This document shows positions 24,763 to 37,035 of a DNA stretch of 64,000 nt, in pieces. The stretch lies in the NCBI RefSeq assembly GCF_003334355.1, contig NZ_QOWP01000008.1. The stretch is one strand, 5' to 3'. Source of the DNA: Escherichia coli (GTDB taxonomy: Bacteria > Pseudomonadota > Gammaproteobacteria > Enterobacterales > Enterobacteriaceae). Every line of letters starts with the position of its first letter. Position 1 is the stretch's first letter. The position numbers were made by a program, and so were the translations under genes. The notes under the pieces are model-generated. The model saw nothing but the letters and a program-made list of their open reading frames with translations, was not told where the DNA came from and made no database searches.

Positions 24763-26451
24763 ATGGCAAGTTCGGGCACAACATCGACGCGTAAGCGCTT
24801 TACCGGCGCAGAATTTATCGTTCATTTCCTGGAACAGCAGGGCATTAAGATTGTGACGGGCATTCCGGGCGGTTCTATCCTGCCTGTTTACGATGCCTTA
24901 AGCCAAAGTACGCAAATCCGCCATATTCTGGCTCGCCATGAACAGGGCGCGGGATTTATCGCTCAGGGAATGGCGCGCACCGACGGTAAACCGGCGGTCT
25001 GTATGGCCTGTAGCGGACCGGGTGCGACTAACCTGGTGACCGCCATTGCCGATGCGCGGCTGGACTCCATCCCGCTGATTTGCATCACTGGTCAGGTTCC
25101 CGCCTCGATGATCGGCACCGACGCCTTCCAGGAAGTCGACACCTACGGCATCTCTATCCCCATCACCAAACACAACTATCTGGTCAGACATATCGAAGAA
25201 CTCCCGCAGGTCATGAGCGATGCCTTCCGCATTGCGCAATCAGGCCGCCCAGGCCCGGTGTGGATAGACATTCCTAAGGATGTGCAAACGGCGGTTTTTG
25301 AGATTGAAGCTCAGCCCGCGGTGGCAGAAAAAGCCGCTGCACCCGCCTTTAGCGAAGAAAGCATTCGTGACGCAGCTACAATGATTAACGCTGCCAAACG
25401 CCCGGTGCTTTATCTGGGTGGTGGTGTGATCAATGCGCCTGCGCGGGTGCGTGAACTGGCGGAGAAAGCGCAACTGCCTACCACCATGACTTTAATGGCG
25501 CTGGGCATGCTGCCAAAAGCGCATCCGTTGTCGCTGGGTATGCTGGGGATGCACGGCGTGCGCAGCACTAACTATATCTTGCAGGAGGCGGATTTACTGA
25601 TTGTGCTCGGTGCGCGTTTTGATGACCGGGCGATTGGCAAAACCGAGCAGTTCTGTCCGAATGCCAAAATCATTCATGTCGATATCGACCGTGCAGAGCT
25701 GGGTAAAATCAAGCAGCCGCATGTGGCGATTCAGGCGGATGTTGATGACGTGCTGGCGCAGTTGATCCCGCTGGTGGAAGCGCAACCGCGTGCAGAGTGG
25801 CACCAGTTGGTAGCGGATTTGCAGCGTGAGTTTCCGTGTCCAATCCCGAAAGCGTGCGATCCATTAAGCCATTACGGCCTGATCAACGCCGTTGCCGCCT
25901 GTGTCGATGACAATGCGATTATCACCACCGATGTGGGGCAGCATCAGATGTGGACCGCGCAAGCTTATCCGCTCAATCGCCCACGCCAGTGGCTGACCTC
26001 CGGTGGGCTGGGCACGATGGGTTTTGGCCTGCCTGCGGCGATTGGCGCGGCGCTGGCGAACCCGGATCGCAAAGTGTTGTGTTTCTCCGGCGACGGCAGC
26101 CTGATGATGAATATTCAGGAGATGGCGACCGCCAGTGAAAATCAGCTGGATGTCAAAATCATTCTGATGAACAACGAAGCGCTGGGGCTGGTGCATCAGC
26201 AACAGAGTCTGTTCTACGAGCAAGGCGTTTTTGCCGCCACCTATCCGGGCAAAATCAACTTTATGCAGATTGCCGCCGGATTCGGCCTCGAAACCTGTGA
26301 TTTGAATAACGAAGCCGATCCGCAGGCTGCATTGCAGGAAATCATCAATCGCCCTGGCCCGGCGCTGATCCATGTGCGCATTGATGCCGAAGAAAAAGTT
26401 TACCCGATGGTGCCGCTAGGTGCGGCGAATACTGAAATGGTGGGGGAATAA
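24763..26451 (+). CDS. ilvB: Acetolactate synthase I, large subunit (TPP-dependent)
   Basis: 562-aa ORF; TPP-binding motif GDGSLMMNIQE. Confidence 0.95.
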   Translation: MASSGTTSTRKRFTGAEFIVHFLEQQGIKIVTGIPGGSILPVYDALSQSTQIRHILARHEQGAGFIAQGMARTDGKPAVCMACSGPGATNLVTAIADARLDSIPLICITGQVPASMIGTDAFQEVDTYGISIPITKHNYLVRHIEELPQVMSDAFRIAQSGRPGPVWIDIPKDVQTAVFEIEAQPAVAEKAAAPAFSEESIRDAATMINAAKRPVLYLGGGVINAPARVRELAEKAQLPTTMTLMALGMLPKAHPLSLGMLGMHGVRSTNYILQEADLLIVLGARFDDRAIGKTEQFCPNAKIIHVDIDRAELGKIKQPHVAIQADVDDVLAQLIPLVEAQPRAEWHQLVADLQREFPCPIPKACDPLSHYGLINAVAACVDDNAIITTDVGQHQMWTAQAYPLNRPRQWLTSGGLGTMGFGLPAAIGAALANPDRKVLCFSGDGSLMMNIQEMATASENQLDVKIILMNNEALGLVHQQQSLFYEQGVFAATYPGKINFMQIAAGFGLETCDLNNEADPQAALQEIINRPGPALIHVRIDAEEKVYPMVPLGAANTEMVGE

Positions 26452-26454
26452 GCC

Positions 26455-26745
26455 ATGCAAAACACAACTCATGACAACGTAATTCTGGAGCTCACCGTTC
26501 GCAACCATCCGGGCGTAATGACCCACGTTTGTGGCCTTTTTGCCCGCCGCGCTTTTAACGTTGAAGGCATTCTTTGTCTGCCGATTCAGGACAGCGACAA
26601 AAGCCATATCTGGCTACTGGTCAATGACGACCAGCGTCTGGAGCAGATGATAAGCCAAATCGATAAGCTGGAAGATGTCGTGAAAGTGCAGCGTAATCAG
26701 TCCGATCCGACGATGTTTAACAAGATCGCGGTGTTTTTTCAGTAA
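26455..26745 (+). CDS. ilvN: Acetolactate synthase I, small (regulatory) subunit
   Basis: 96-aa ORF immediately downstream of ilvB. Confidence 0.95.
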
Positions 26746-26767
26746 CCGCTCAAGGCTTGAACAACAT

Positions 26768-26800
26768 CGCGCTTATCGTTAAGGTAAGCGCGTTTTTTTT
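26768..26800 (+). terminator. ilvBN Rho-independent terminator
   Basis: cgcgctta...taagcgcg hairpin followed by T8. Confidence 0.8.
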
Positions 26801-26818
26801 ACCCGCCAGGACAAGACC

Positions 26819-27409
26819 ATGATCACCGTTGCCCTTATAGACGATCACCTCATCGTCCGCTCCGGCTTTGCGCAGCTGCTGGGGCTGGAACCTGATTTGC
26901 AGGTAGTTGCCGAGTTTGGTTCGGGGCGCGAGGCGCTGGCGGGGCTGCCGGGGCGCGGTGTGCAGGTGTGTATTTGCGATATCTCCATGCCCGATATCTC
27001 CGGTCTGGAGCTGCTAAGCCAGCTGCCGAAAGGTATGGCGACGATTATGCTCTCCGTTCACGACAGTCCTGCGCTGGTTGAGCAGGCGCTTAACGCGGGG
27101 GCACGCGGCTTTCTTTCCAAACGCTGTAGCCCGGATGAACTCATTGCTGCGGTGCATACGGTTGCCACGGGCGGCTGTTATCTGACGCCGGATATTGCCA
27201 TTAAACTGGCATCCGGTCGTCAGGACCCGCTAACCAAACGTGAACGCCAGGTGGCGGAAAAACTGGCGCAAGGAATGGCGGTGAAAGAGATTGCCGCCGA
27301 ACTGGGCTTGTCACCGAAAACGGTACACGTCCATCGCGCCAATCTGATGGAAAAACTGGGCGTCAGTAACGACGTAGAGCTGGCGCGCCGCATGTTTGAT
27401 GGCTGGTGA
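26819..27409 (+). CDS. uhpA: Response regulator UhpA (NarL/LuxR family)
   Basis: 196-aa ORF; receiver domain plus C-terminal LuxR HTH. Confidence 0.95.
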
Positions 27410-28911
27410 TGAAGACGTTGTTCTCCCGCTTAATTACCGTTATTGCCTGCTTTTTTATCTTCTCTGCCGCATGGTTTTGCCTGTGGAGTATCAGCCTGCA
27501 TCTGGTTGAGCGCCCTGATATGGCGGTGCTGTTATTTCCGTTTGGTCTGCGTCTGGGGCTAATGCTGCAATGCCCGCGCGGATACTGGCCGGTGCTGCTG
27601 GGCGCGGAGTGGCTGCTGATTTACTGGCTAACGCAGGCGGTCGGTTTAACCCATTTTCCGTTATTGATGATCGGTAGTTTACTGACGTTACTGCCCGTAG
27701 CGCTGATCTCGCGCTATCGCCATCAGCGTGACTGGCGCACCTTGCTGTTACAGGGGGCGGCGTTAACGGCGGCGGCGTTGTTGCAGTCGCTGCCCTGGCT
27801 TTGGCACGGCAAAGAGTCGTGGAATGCGCTGTTGCTGACTTTAACTGGCGGCCTGACGCTGGCCCCGATATGTCTGGTGTTCTGGCACTATCTCGCCAAT
27901 AACACCTGGCTGCCGCTCGGCCCGTCACTGGTTTCTCAGCCAATCAACTGGCGCGGGCGACATCTGGTCTGGTACTTGCTGCTGTTTGTTATCAGTCTCT
28001 GGCTCCAGTTGGGATTGCCGGACGAACTGTCGCGCTTTACGCCATTCTGTCTGGCGCTGCCGATTATCGCGCTGGCCTGGCACTATGGTTGGCAAGGGGC
28101 GCTGATTGCGACGTTGATGAACGCCATCGCGCTGATCGCCAGTCAAACCTGGCGCGATCATCCGGTGGATTTATTGCTCTCGCTGCTGGTGCAAAGTCTG
28201 ACAGGGTTGTTGCTTGGCGCTGGCATCCAGCGGTTGCGTGAACTTAACCAGTCGCTGCAAAAGGAACTGGCGCGCAATCAGCATCTGGCTGAACGGTTGC
28301 TGGAAACCGAAGAGAGTGTGCGCCGTGATGTGGCGCGTGAGCTGCATGATGATATCGGTCAGACCATCACTGCTATTCGTACTCAGGCGGGCATTGTTCA
28401 GCGGCTGGCGGCAGATAACGCCAGCGTGAAGCAGAGCGGGCAGCTCATCGAACAACTATCGCTGGGCGTTTACGACGCGGTGCGCCGTTTGTTGGGTCGG
28501 TTACGTCCGCGCCAGTTGGATGATCTCACCCTGGAGCAGGCCATCCGCTCACTGATGCGGGAAATGGAGCTGGAAGGGCGCGGTATTGTCAGCCATCTCG
28601 AATGGCGAATCGATGAATCAGCGTTAAGCGAAAACCAGCGCGTGACGCTGTTTCGTGTCTGCCAGGAAGGGCTGAACAACATTGTGAAACATGCTGATGC
28701 CAGCGCGGTCACCCTGCAAGGCTGGCAGCAGGATGAACGGTTGATGCTGGTTATTGAAGACGATGGCAGCGGTTTGCCGCCGGGTTCCGGGCAACAAGGT
28801 TTTGGCCTCACCGGAATGCGCGAGCGCGTAACGGCGCTGGGTGGCACATTACACATTTCCTGTCTGCACGGCACGCGTGTCAGCGTTTCTCTACCTCAAC
28901 GTTATGTCTAA
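27409..28911 (+). CDS. uhpB: Sensor histidine kinase UhpB
   Basis: ORF 27406..28911; ATGATGA overlap with uhpA; membrane N-terminal domain; H-box LHDDIGQ. Confidence 0.9.
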
Positions 28912-28920
28912 GGTTCGATG

Positions 28921-30240
28921 ATGTTGCCGTTTCTGAAAGCGCCTGCCGATGCGCCATTAATGACTGATAAACATGAAATTGATGCCCGTTATCGCTACTG
29001 GCGTCGGCATATTCTGCTGACCATCTGGCTGGGTTACGCGCTGTTTTACTTCACGCGTAAAAGTTTTAACGCCGCCGTACCAGAAATCCTTGCTAACGGC
29101 GTGCTCAGCCGTAGCGATATCGGCCTATTAGCGACCCTGTTTTACATTACTTACGGCGTGTCGAAGTTTGTCTCCGGCATTGTCAGCGATCGCTCAAATG
29201 CCCGTTATTTTATGGGGATAGGGCTTATCGCCACTGGCATCATCAACATTCTGTTTGGCTTCTCGACGTCGCTATGGGCGTTTGCCGTGCTCTGGGTGCT
29301 GAACGCCTTTTTCCAGGGCTGGGGTTCACCGGTGTGTGCGCGTCTGTTAACCGCCTGGTATTCTCGTACCGAGCGCGGCGGTTGGTGGGCATTATGGAAC
29401 ACGGCGCATAACGTCGGCGGCGCACTCATTCCCATTGTGATGGCAGCGGCTGCACTACATTACGGCTGGCGTGCCGGGATGATGATTGCTGGTTGTATGG
29501 CGATCGTCGTGGGAATTTTTCTCTGCTGGCGGCTGCGCGATCGCCCGCAGGCGTTAGGTTTACCGGCGGTCGGTGAATGGCGACACGACGCGCTGGAGAT
29601 AGCTCAACAACAAGAAGGGGCAGGGCTGACGCGTAAAGAGATCCTCACCAAATATGTGTTGCTGAATCCGTATATCTGGCTGCTTTCGTTTTGCTATGTG
29701 CTGGTCTATGTGGTCCGGGCGGCGATCAACGACTGGGGCAATTTGTATATGTCCGAGACGCTGGGCGTCGATCTGGTCACGGCGAATACGGCAGTGACGA
29801 TGTTTGAACTGGGTGGATTTATCGGTGCGCTGGTAGCGGGTTGGGGCTCGGACAAATTGTTTAACGGCAACCGAGGGCCGATGAATTTGATTTTCGCCGC
29901 CGGAATTTTGCTTTCAGTCGGCTCCCTGTGGCTGATGCCATTTGCCAGCTACGTGATGCAGGCAACCTGCTTCTTCACCATTGGTTTTTTTGTCTTTGGC
30001 CCGCAGATGTTAATTGGTATGGCGGCGGCAGAGTGTTCCCACAAAGAGGCGGCAGGGGCGGCGACGGGGTTTGTCGGCTTGTTTGCTTATCTGGGGGCGT
30101 CGCTTGCTGGTTGGCCGCTGGCGAAAGTGCTCGATACCTGGCACTGGAGCGGATTTTTTGTGGTTATCTCTATCGCCGCCGGGATTTCCGCACTGCTGTT
30201 ACTGCCCTTTTTGAACGCCCAGACACCGCGTGAAGCGTGA
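28921..30240 (+). CDS. uhpC: Membrane sensor/regulator UhpC (MFS, OPA family)
   Basis: ORF 28918..30240; about 439 aa; homologous to UhpT. Confidence 0.9.
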   Translation: MLPFLKAPADAPLMTDKHEIDARYRYWRRHILLTIWLGYALFYFTRKSFNAAVPEILANGVLSRSDIGLLATLFYITYGVSKFVSGIVSDRSNARYFMGIGLIATGIINILFGFSTSLWAFAVLWVLNAFFQGWGSPVCARLLTAWYSRTERGGWWALWNTAHNVGGALIPIVMAAAALHYGWRAGMMIAGCMAIVVGIFLCWRLRDRPQALGLPAVGEWRHDALEIAQQQEGAGLTRKEILTKYVLLNPYIWLLSFCYVLVYVVRAAINDWGNLYMSETLGVDLVTANTAVTMFELGGFIGALVAGWGSDKLFNGNRGPMNLIFAAGILLSVGSLWLMPFASYVMQATCFFTIGFFVFGPQMLIGMAAAECSHKEAAGAATGFVGLFAYLGASLAGWPLAKVLDTWHWSGFFVVISIAAGISALLLLPFLNAQTPREA

Positions 30241-30377
30241 TGCATCTCACCTTTTCACTTCATATCCGGCAAAACTAAGAAATTTTCCAGGTTTTTCCTG
30301 GACGCTATCTCAGGCCTGATTTGCTGCTGATTTTTACAATGCATGCCTCACGCAGGTATTCATTTCAGGAGTAACCC
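30241..30377 (+). promoter_or_regulatory. uhpT promoter region (UhpA- and CRP-dependent in K-12)
   Basis: Intergenic region between uhpC and uhpT; assignment by position and established knowledge, individual sites not resolved. Confidence 0.4.
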
Positions 30378-31769
30378 ATGCTGGCTTTCCTAAACCAGGT
30401 TCGCAAGCCGACCCTGGACCTTCCGCTCGAAGTGCGGCGCAAAATGTGGTTCAAACCGTTCATGCAATCCTACCTGGTGGTCTTTATCGGCTACCTGACG
30501 ATGTACCTGATTCGCAAGAACTTTAACATCGCGCAGAACGATATGATTTCGACCTACGGGTTGAGCATGACGCAGCTGGGGATGATCGGCCTGGGTTTCT
30601 CCATCACTTATGGCGTGGGTAAAACGTTGGTTTCATACTACGCCGACGGCAAAAACACCAAACAATTCCTGCCGTTCATGCTTATCCTCTCTGCTATTTG
30701 TATGCTGGGCTTCAGTGCCAGTATGGGCAGCGGCTCGGTTAGCCTGTTCCTGATGATTGCCTTCTACGCCTTAAGCGGCTTTTTCCAGAGTACCGGCGGT
30801 TCGTGCAGTTACTCCACCATCACCAAATGGACGCCGCGTCGTAAACGCGGGACATTCCTCGGTTTCTGGAATATTTCTCACAACCTTGGCGGTGCAGGCG
30901 CAGCAGGTGTGGCGCTGTTCGGGGCAAATTACCTGTTCGATGGCCATGTCATCGGCATGTTTATCTTCCCGTCGATTATCGCGCTGATTGTCGGTTTTAT
31001 CGGCCTGCGTTACGGTAGCGACTCCCCGGAATCTTATGGCCTCGGCAAAGCTGAAGAACTGTTCGGCGAGGAGATCAGCGAAGAGGACAAAGAGACAGAA
31101 TCTACCGATATGACCAAGTGGCAGATCTTTGTTGAGTATGTGCTGAAAAACAAAGTGATCTGGCTGCTGTGCTTCGCCAACATTTTCCTCTATGTGGTAC
31201 GTATTGGTATCGACCAGTGGTCAACCGTATACGCGTTCCAGGAACTGAAACTCTCTAAAGCGGTGGCGATTCAGGGCTTTACGCTGTTTGAAGCTGGTGC
31301 GCTGGTCGGTACGCTGCTGTGGGGCTGGCTCTCTGACCTGGCGAACGGTCGCCGTGGCCTGGTGGCCTGCATCGCGCTGGCGCTGATTATCGCCACGCTC
31401 GGTGTGTATCAACATGCCAGCAACGAATATATCTATCTGGCTTCTCTCTTTGCGTTGGGTTTCCTGGTCTTTGGCCCGCAATTGTTGATTGGTGTGGCTG
31501 CTGTTGGCTTTGTACCTAAAAAAGCGATTGGCGCTGCCGATGGTATTAAAGGCACCTTTGCTTACCTGATTGGTGACAGCTTTGCCAAGTTAGGTCTGGG
31601 AATGATTGCCGATGGGACGCCGGTATTCGGCCTTACCGGCTGGGCAGGCACCTTCGCCGCACTTGATATCGCCGCGATTGGTTGTATCTGCCTGATGGCG
31701 ATAGTGGCGGTGATGGAAGAACGCAAAATCCGCCGCGAGAAAAAAATTCAGCAGTTGACAGTGGCATAA
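30378..31769 (+). CDS. uhpT: Hexose-6-phosphate:phosphate antiporter UhpT
   Basis: 463-aa MFS/OPA ORF. Confidence 0.95.
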
Positions 31770-31787
31770 ACGTAACTGGTGACTTTT

Positions 31788-31812
31788 GCCCGGCATGACG
31801 CCGGGCTTTTTT
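31788..31812. terminator. Terminator hairpin between convergent uhpT and ade
   Basis: gcccggc-atgac-gccgggc followed by T6. Confidence 0.8.
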
Positions 31813-31813
31813 A

Positions 31814-33580
31814 TTATTCCGTGACTTCCAGCGTAGTGAAGGCAAACTTCTCGCCATCAAATAGCCCCTGACTGGTTAGTTTTAGCGCGGGGATCACTGG
31901 CAGAGAAAGAAACGCCATCTGAATAAACGGCTCATCGGGTAACGGACCGCATTCACGGGCGGCGGCTTTCAAGGCGTCAATCTGTTCCGCCAGCGACTGC
32001 GCCGTGTCGGTGCTCATCAGGCCGGCAATGGGCAACGGCAGATGACTTTGGACCTGGCCGTTACGTACCACGCACAGCCCGCCGCCATCCTGAATCACCT
32101 GATTGACCGCCAGCGCCATCTCTTCGGCACTGCGACCGATCACCACAATATTATGGCTGTCATGGCTGACCGTCGCAGCCAGCGCACCTTCATTCAGTCC
32201 AAAGCCGCCAAGCAAACCACAAGCCGGAGCCAGCCGTTGCCCGTAACGCTCAAGTACGGCAATAAAGCTCACATCATCGCGATCAAAACCATTTTCGCTG
32301 TAGACGCTGGAGTGGGAGTGCGTAATCAATTCGTTATGGATGACGTCAATGACCCGATAGCGTTTTCCGGGCGTAAATTGCAGGGCAAAGTCGCTGGCGG
32401 AAACTGGCTGGCGGGCAATGGTGTTGCCATATGGCGGAGCGGATTGTGCCAGTCTCGCCGACTCTTCCGCCTGTAAGGTTTGCGCATCAATCGGCTCGCC
32501 TTTCACCAGTACCTGCTGCACCGTGACCTTACGCGCATCGCTCAACAGGACGATATCGGCCTGCTTGCCGGGTGCCAGTAAGCCGAGGTGATTCAGACCA
32601 AAGTGGCGCGCCGTCGACCAGCTGGCGACGCGATATGCCACATGCAGCGGCACATTGTGTTGTTCGATCAGGCGGCGAATTAAGGCATCGATGTGTCCTT
32701 CATGGGCGATCTCCCACGGGTTACGGTCATCGGTACAGAGCATGCATTGCGGGCTGTTAAATTCGTTGATCAACGGTGCCAGCGCGTTGAGATTGCGGGC
32801 AGCGGACCCTTCGCGGATCATCAACGACATGCCGAGTTGTAATTTCCGGCGTCCTTCTTCCAGCTGATAACTTTCGTGGCAGTTTTCAATACCCGCAGTA
32901 ATATAGGCGTTAAGTTCTTTACCACCCAAACCCGGGCAGTGACCGTCCAGCGTCAGGTGGCGAAATGCATCCAGTTTATCGAGCAGCGCATTCTGCCCGC
33001 TAATTACGCCAGGGTAGTCCATCATTTCTGCAAGGCCGGTAACCTGCGGATGGTCCCGCCAGGCGAGCATCTGTTCAAGGGTAAAACTGGCACCGTTAAC
33101 ATCGCAGCCTTCCAGGGCGGGTACGCAAGAGCTGACCTGTAAGTACTGGTTTTGCCTTGCCTGTTCGGCACAGCGGGCAAACCAGGCGAATCCGGCTTCT
33201 CCCATCACGTTGACGATTTCATGAGGGTCGCAAATAACGGTCGTCAGGCCGCGCGGCAGGGTAGCGGTTTCAAAAGTGACCGGCGTCATCATGCTGGATT
33301 CAATATGCAGGTGAGCATCAATAAACCCTGGCACCGCCGTTGCGCCGCGAGCATCAATCCGCTGCAAAGCCGGAGCATCAGCGTATTCTGCGCCAACACC
33401 GGCAATGTAACGTCCTTTAATCACAATTGGGCCGGAAATTTCTCCGCCATTGATCAGGTCGAGAATAGAGACATTATCAATAATATAATCGGCAACAGCG
33501 TCGCCACGGGAAACGGCTAACAATTCCTGGTATTCAGCCCGGCTAATGTGATGAAATTTATGGTTAATAGAATTATTCAT
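31814..33580 (-). CDS. ade: Adenine deaminase (amidohydrolase superfamily)
   Basis: 588-aa ORF; metal-binding motif [12 protein letters not shown]. Confidence 0.9.
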   Translation of the reverse strand: MNNSINHKFHHISRAEYQELLAVSRGDAVADYIIDNVSILDLINGGEISGPIVIKGRYIAGVGAEYADAPALQRIDARGATAVPGFIDAHLHIESSMMTPVTFETATLPRGLTTVICDPHEIVNVMGEAGFAWFARCAEQARQNQYLQVSSCVPALEGCDVNGASFTLEQMLAWRDHPQVTGLAEMMDYPGVISGQNALLDKLDAFRHLTLDGHCPGLGGKELNAYITAGIENCHESYQLEEGRRKLQLGMSLMIREGSAARNLNALAPLINEFNSPQCMLCTDDRNPWEIAHEGHIDALIRRLIEQHNVPLHVAYRVASWSTARHFGLNHLGLLAPGKQADIVLLSDARKVTVQQVLVKGEPIDAQTLQAEESARLAQSAPPYGNTIARQPVSASDFALQFTPGKRYRVIDVIHNELITHSHSSVYSENGFDRDDVSFIAVLERYGQRLAPACGLLGGFGLNEGALAATVSHDSHNIVVIGRSAEEMALAVNQVIQDGGGLCVVRNGQVQSHLPLPIAGLMSTDTAQSLAEQIDALKAAARECGPLPDEPFIQMAFLSLPVIPALKLTSQGLFDGEKFAFTTLEVTE

Positions 33581-33672
33581 ATTTTTCTCATTTTGATTTT
33601 ATCAATTTGATTATTATTTATCATAAAGAAACGTCGCGAGATTATTAAAGAATATCCATTAATGTGCAATTG

Positions 33673-33693
33673 AAATGTGATAATTATCACTGA
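33673..33693. promoter_or_regulatory. Candidate CRP-binding site in the ade/adeQ divergent intergenic region
   Basis: aaaTGTGAtaattaTCACtga fits TGTGA-N6-TCACA with one mismatch. Confidence 0.45.
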
Positions 33694-33754
33694 ACCGTTG
33701 TTGTCATTTGTTTTACAAAAGCAAGGGATTAAATCTCCTCCAATGGACAAAAAA

Positions 33755-35089
33755 ATGAATAATGACAATACCGATTACGTGAGTAATGAATCAGGGACGC
33801 TTTCGCGATTATTTAAACTACCTCAGCATGGGACCACCGTCCGCACAGAATTGATTGCGGGGATGACCACTTTTTTAACCATGGTGTACATCGTTTTTGT
33901 GAACCCGCAAATCCTCGGCGCGGCACAAATGGACCCGAAAGTGGTGTTTGTTACCACCTGTTTGATTGCCGGTATCGGCAGTATTGCGATGGGGATATTT
34001 GCTAACTTACCCGTGGCGCTGGCTCCGGCAATGGGGCTGAACGCCTTCTTTGCCTTCGTGGTCGTGGGGGCGATGGGCATCTCCTGGCAGACCGGGATGG
34101 GCGCAATATTCTGGGGCGCAGTTGGACTATTTTTGCTCACGCTGTTTCGTATCCGGTACTGGATGATCTCCAACATTCCCTTAAGTTTACGTATTGGTAT
34201 CACCAGCGGAATTGGATTATTTATCGCCTTAATGGGATTAAAAAATACTGGCGTTATTGTCGCCAATAAAGACACGCTGGTGATGATTGGCGATTTAAGT
34301 TCTCACGGCGTGTTGTTAGGTATTTTAGGGTTTTTTATTATAACCGTGTTGTCATCACGTCATTTTCATGCCGCGGTGCTGGTTTCTATTGTGGTGATGT
34401 CTTGCTGTGGATTATTTTTCGGTGATGTTCATTTTAGCGGCGTCTATTCCATCCCGCCTGATATTAGCGGCGTCATTGGTGAAGTAGATTTGAGCGGCGC
34501 GTTAACACTTGAACTCGCCGGTATCATTTTCTCCTTTATGCTGATCAACCTATTTGATTCATCAGGAACATTAATTGGTGTAACTGATAAAGCGGGCTTA
34601 ATAGATGGTAACGGTAAATTCCCCAATATGAATAAGGCGCTGTATGTTGATAGCGTCAGTTCGGTGGCGGGTGCGTTTATCGGTACCTCGTCTGTTACTG
34701 CCTATATTGAAAGTACTTCTGGTGTGGCAGTCGGTGGCCGCACGGGGCTGACTGCGGTTGTGGTTGGCGTTATGTTCCTGTTGGTTATGTTCTTCTCACC
34801 GCTGGTGGCGATAGTTCCTCCTTACGCAACCGCCGGAGCGTTAATCTTTGTTGGCGTGCTGATGACTTCGAGCCTGGCGCGCGTTAACTGGGATGATTTT
34901 ACCGAATCGGTGCCTGCGTTTATTACCACGGTGATGATGCCCTTTACTTTCTCGATCACCGAAGGGATTGCACTCGGCTTTATGTCGTACTGCATCATGA
35001 AAGTATGCACCGGGCGCTGGCGCGATCTGAACCTGTGTGTGGTGGTGGTCGCAGCTCTGTTTGCACTGAAGATTATTCTGGTGGATTAG
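33755..35089 (+). CDS. adeQ: Adenine permease (NCS2/AzgA family)
   Basis: ORF 33677..35089 (GTG in track); start at MNNDNTDYVSN gives 444 aa. Confidence 0.85.
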   Translation: MNNDNTDYVSNESGTLSRLFKLPQHGTTVRTELIAGMTTFLTMVYIVFVNPQILGAAQMDPKVVFVTTCLIAGIGSIAMGIFANLPVALAPAMGLNAFFAFVVVGAMGISWQTGMGAIFWGAVGLFLLTLFRIRYWMISNIPLSLRIGITSGIGLFIALMGLKNTGVIVANKDTLVMIGDLSSHGVLLGILGFFIITVLSSRHFHAAVLVSIVVMSCCGLFFGDVHFSGVYSIPPDISGVIGEVDLSGALTLELAGIIFSFMLINLFDSSGTLIGVTDKAGLIDGNGKFPNMNKALYVDSVSSVAGAFIGTSSVTAYIESTSGVAVGGRTGLTAVVVGVMFLLVMFFSPLVAIVPPYATAGALIFVGVLMTSSLARVNWDDFTESVPAFITTVMMPFTFSITEGIALGFMSYCIMKVCTGRWRDLNLCVVVVAALFALKIILVD

Positions 35090-35141
35090 TAACTGGCGAG
35101 GGTTTCCAGATATCATGAGTTCTGATTACGCAGGAGAACTC

Positions 35142-35594
35142 ATGATCTGGATAATGCTCGCCACGCTGGCGGTAGTGTTTGTGGTTGGTTTTCGGGTGCT
35201 GACATCCGGGGCCAGAAAAGCGATTCGCCGTCTCAGCGATCGGCTGAACATCGATGTCGTACCCGTGGAGTCGATGGTCGATCAAATGGGAAAGTCAGCT
35301 GGTGACGAATTTTTACGTTATTTGCATCGTCCGGATGAGTCGCACCTGCAAAACGCCGCGCAGGTGTTGCTCATCTGGCAAATTGTCATTGTCGATGGTA
35401 GCGAACAGAACCTGCTGCAATGGCATCGGATTTTACAAAAAGCTCGCCTCGCCGCGCCGATTACCGACGCTCAGGTCAGGCTGGCGCTAGGTTTTCTGCG
35501 CGAAACCGAACCTGAAATGCAGGATATTAATGCTTTTCAGATGCGCTATAACGCGTTCTTTCAGCCTGCCGAGGGCGTTCACTGGTTGCATTGA
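35142..35594 (+). CDS. yicN: DUF1198 protein YicN
   Basis: ORF 35115..35594; start at MIWIMLATLAVVFVV gives 150 aa. Confidence 0.8.
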   Translation: MIWIMLATLAVVFVVGFRVLTSGARKAIRRLSDRLNIDVVPVESMVDQMGKSAGDEFLRYLHRPDESHLQNAAQVLLIWQIVIVDGSEQNLLQWHRILQKARLAAPITDAQVRLALGFLRETEPEMQDINAFQMRYNAFFQPAEGVHWLH

Positions 35595-35804
35595 AACCGT
35601 TTCGTCTTATCAGCCTACAGACCGCGCCTGACCTGTCGGGTGGATAAGACGTTCACGCCGCATCCGGTAATCTTTGCCCTGTTCCGTTTCGATCTTAACT
35701 CCAGCTCAAGCAACACCGTAAAAGTTGCAAAAACGTTAAATGCGTCACACATTTCAATGTTAAAGTGGTCGGCTTTTCCCCTGAAACATGCCACGGGTAA
35801 CACC

Positions 35805-36995
35805 ATGAGTGAATTTATTGCCGAAAACCGCGGCGCGGATGCCATCACCCGACCGAACTGGTCAGCCGTTTTCTCGGTGGCGTTTTGTGTCGCCTGTCTG
35901 ATTATCGTTGAGTTTTTGCCCGTCAGTTTGTTGACGCCAATGGCCCAGGATTTAGGCATTTCGGAAGGGGTTGCCGGGCAATCGGTGACCGTGACCGCCT
36001 TTGTGGCAATGTTTGCCAGTTTGTTTATTACCCAGACAATTCAGGCTACTGACCGCCGCTACGTTGTTATTTTGTTTGCCGTTTTGCTGACGCTCTCCTG
36101 CTTGCTGGTTTCCTTTGCTAACTCATTCAGTTTGCTTTTAATCGGTCGTGCCTGTCTGGGGCTGGCGCTGGGCGGGTTCTGGGCGATGTCGGCGTCGCTG
36201 ACCATGCGTCTGGTGCCGCCGCGTACGGTGCCGAAGGCGCTGTCGGTGATCTTCGGCGCGGTTTCTATTGCGCTGGTGATTGCCGCGCCGTTGGGCAGTT
36301 TTTTAGGCGAGCTTATCGGTTGGCGCAATGTCTTTAATGCGGCGGCGGTGATGGGCGTGCTGTGTATTTTCTGGATTATCAAATCATTGCCTTCACTGCC
36401 AGGCGAACCCTCGCATCAGAAACAAAATACTTTCCGCTTATTACAACGTCCGGGTGTGATGGCAGGGATGATCGCCATCTTCATGTCTTTCGCCGGGCAG
36501 TTTGCTTTCTTCACGTATATTCGCCCGGTGTATATGAACCTGGCGGGATTCGGCGTGGATGGCTTAACGCTGGTGCTGTTGAGTTTTGGTATCGCCAGCT
36601 TTATTGGTACGTCGCTTTCGTCGTTCATTCTTAAACGTTCGGTAAAACTGGCCTTAGCAGGCGCGCCGTTAATACTGGCTGTGAGTGCGTTGGTACTGAC
36701 GTTGTGGGGAAGCGATAAAATCGTTGCTACCGGCGTGGCGATTATCTGGGGGCTAACTTTTGCATTGGTTCCTGTCGGCTGGTCAACGTGGATCACCCGC
36801 TCGCTGGCCGATCAGGCAGAAAAAGCCGGGTCTATTCAGGTGGCGGTTATTCAGCTTGCTAATACCTGTGGCGCGGCAATCGGCGGTTATGCGCTGGATA
36901 ATATTGGTCTGACTTCGCCGTTGATGTTGTCCGGCACATTGATGTTGCTGACTGCATTGTTGGTTACTGCAAAGGTGAAAATGAAGAAATCCTGA
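35805..36995 (+). CDS. nepI: Purine ribonucleoside efflux pump NepI (MFS)
   Basis: ORF 35640..36995; start at [10 protein letters not shown] gives 396 aa. Confidence 0.85.
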   Translation: MSEFIAENRGADAITRPNWSAVFSVAFCVACLIIVEFLPVSLLTPMAQDLGISEGVAGQSVTVTAFVAMFASLFITQTIQATDRRYVVILFAVLLTLSCLLVSFANSFSLLLIGRACLGLALGGFWAMSASLTMRLVPPRTVPKALSVIFGAVSIALVIAAPLGSFLGELIGWRNVFNAAAVMGVLCIFWIIKSLPSLPGEPSHQKQNTFRLLQRPGVMAGMIAIFMSFAGQFAFFTYIRPVYMNLAGFGVDGLTLVLLSFGIASFIGTSLSSFILKRSVKLALAGAPLILAVSALVLTLWGSDKIVATGVAIIWGLTFALVPVGWSTWITRSLADQAEKAGSIQVAVIQLANTCGAAIGGYALDNIGLTSPLMLSGTLMLLTALLVTAKVKMKKS

Positions 36996-37035
36996 TATCA
37001 GGTAAAGAAGCGTTGGTCAGTAGTTGTTGCTGTTC

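Noticed and set aside
24282-24779. 165-aa minus-strand ORF spanning the istR / ivbL / ilvB start region
   Set aside because: Overlaps the leader peptide, attenuator and the ilvB start on the opposite strand; T/P-rich low-complexity translation; no RBS.
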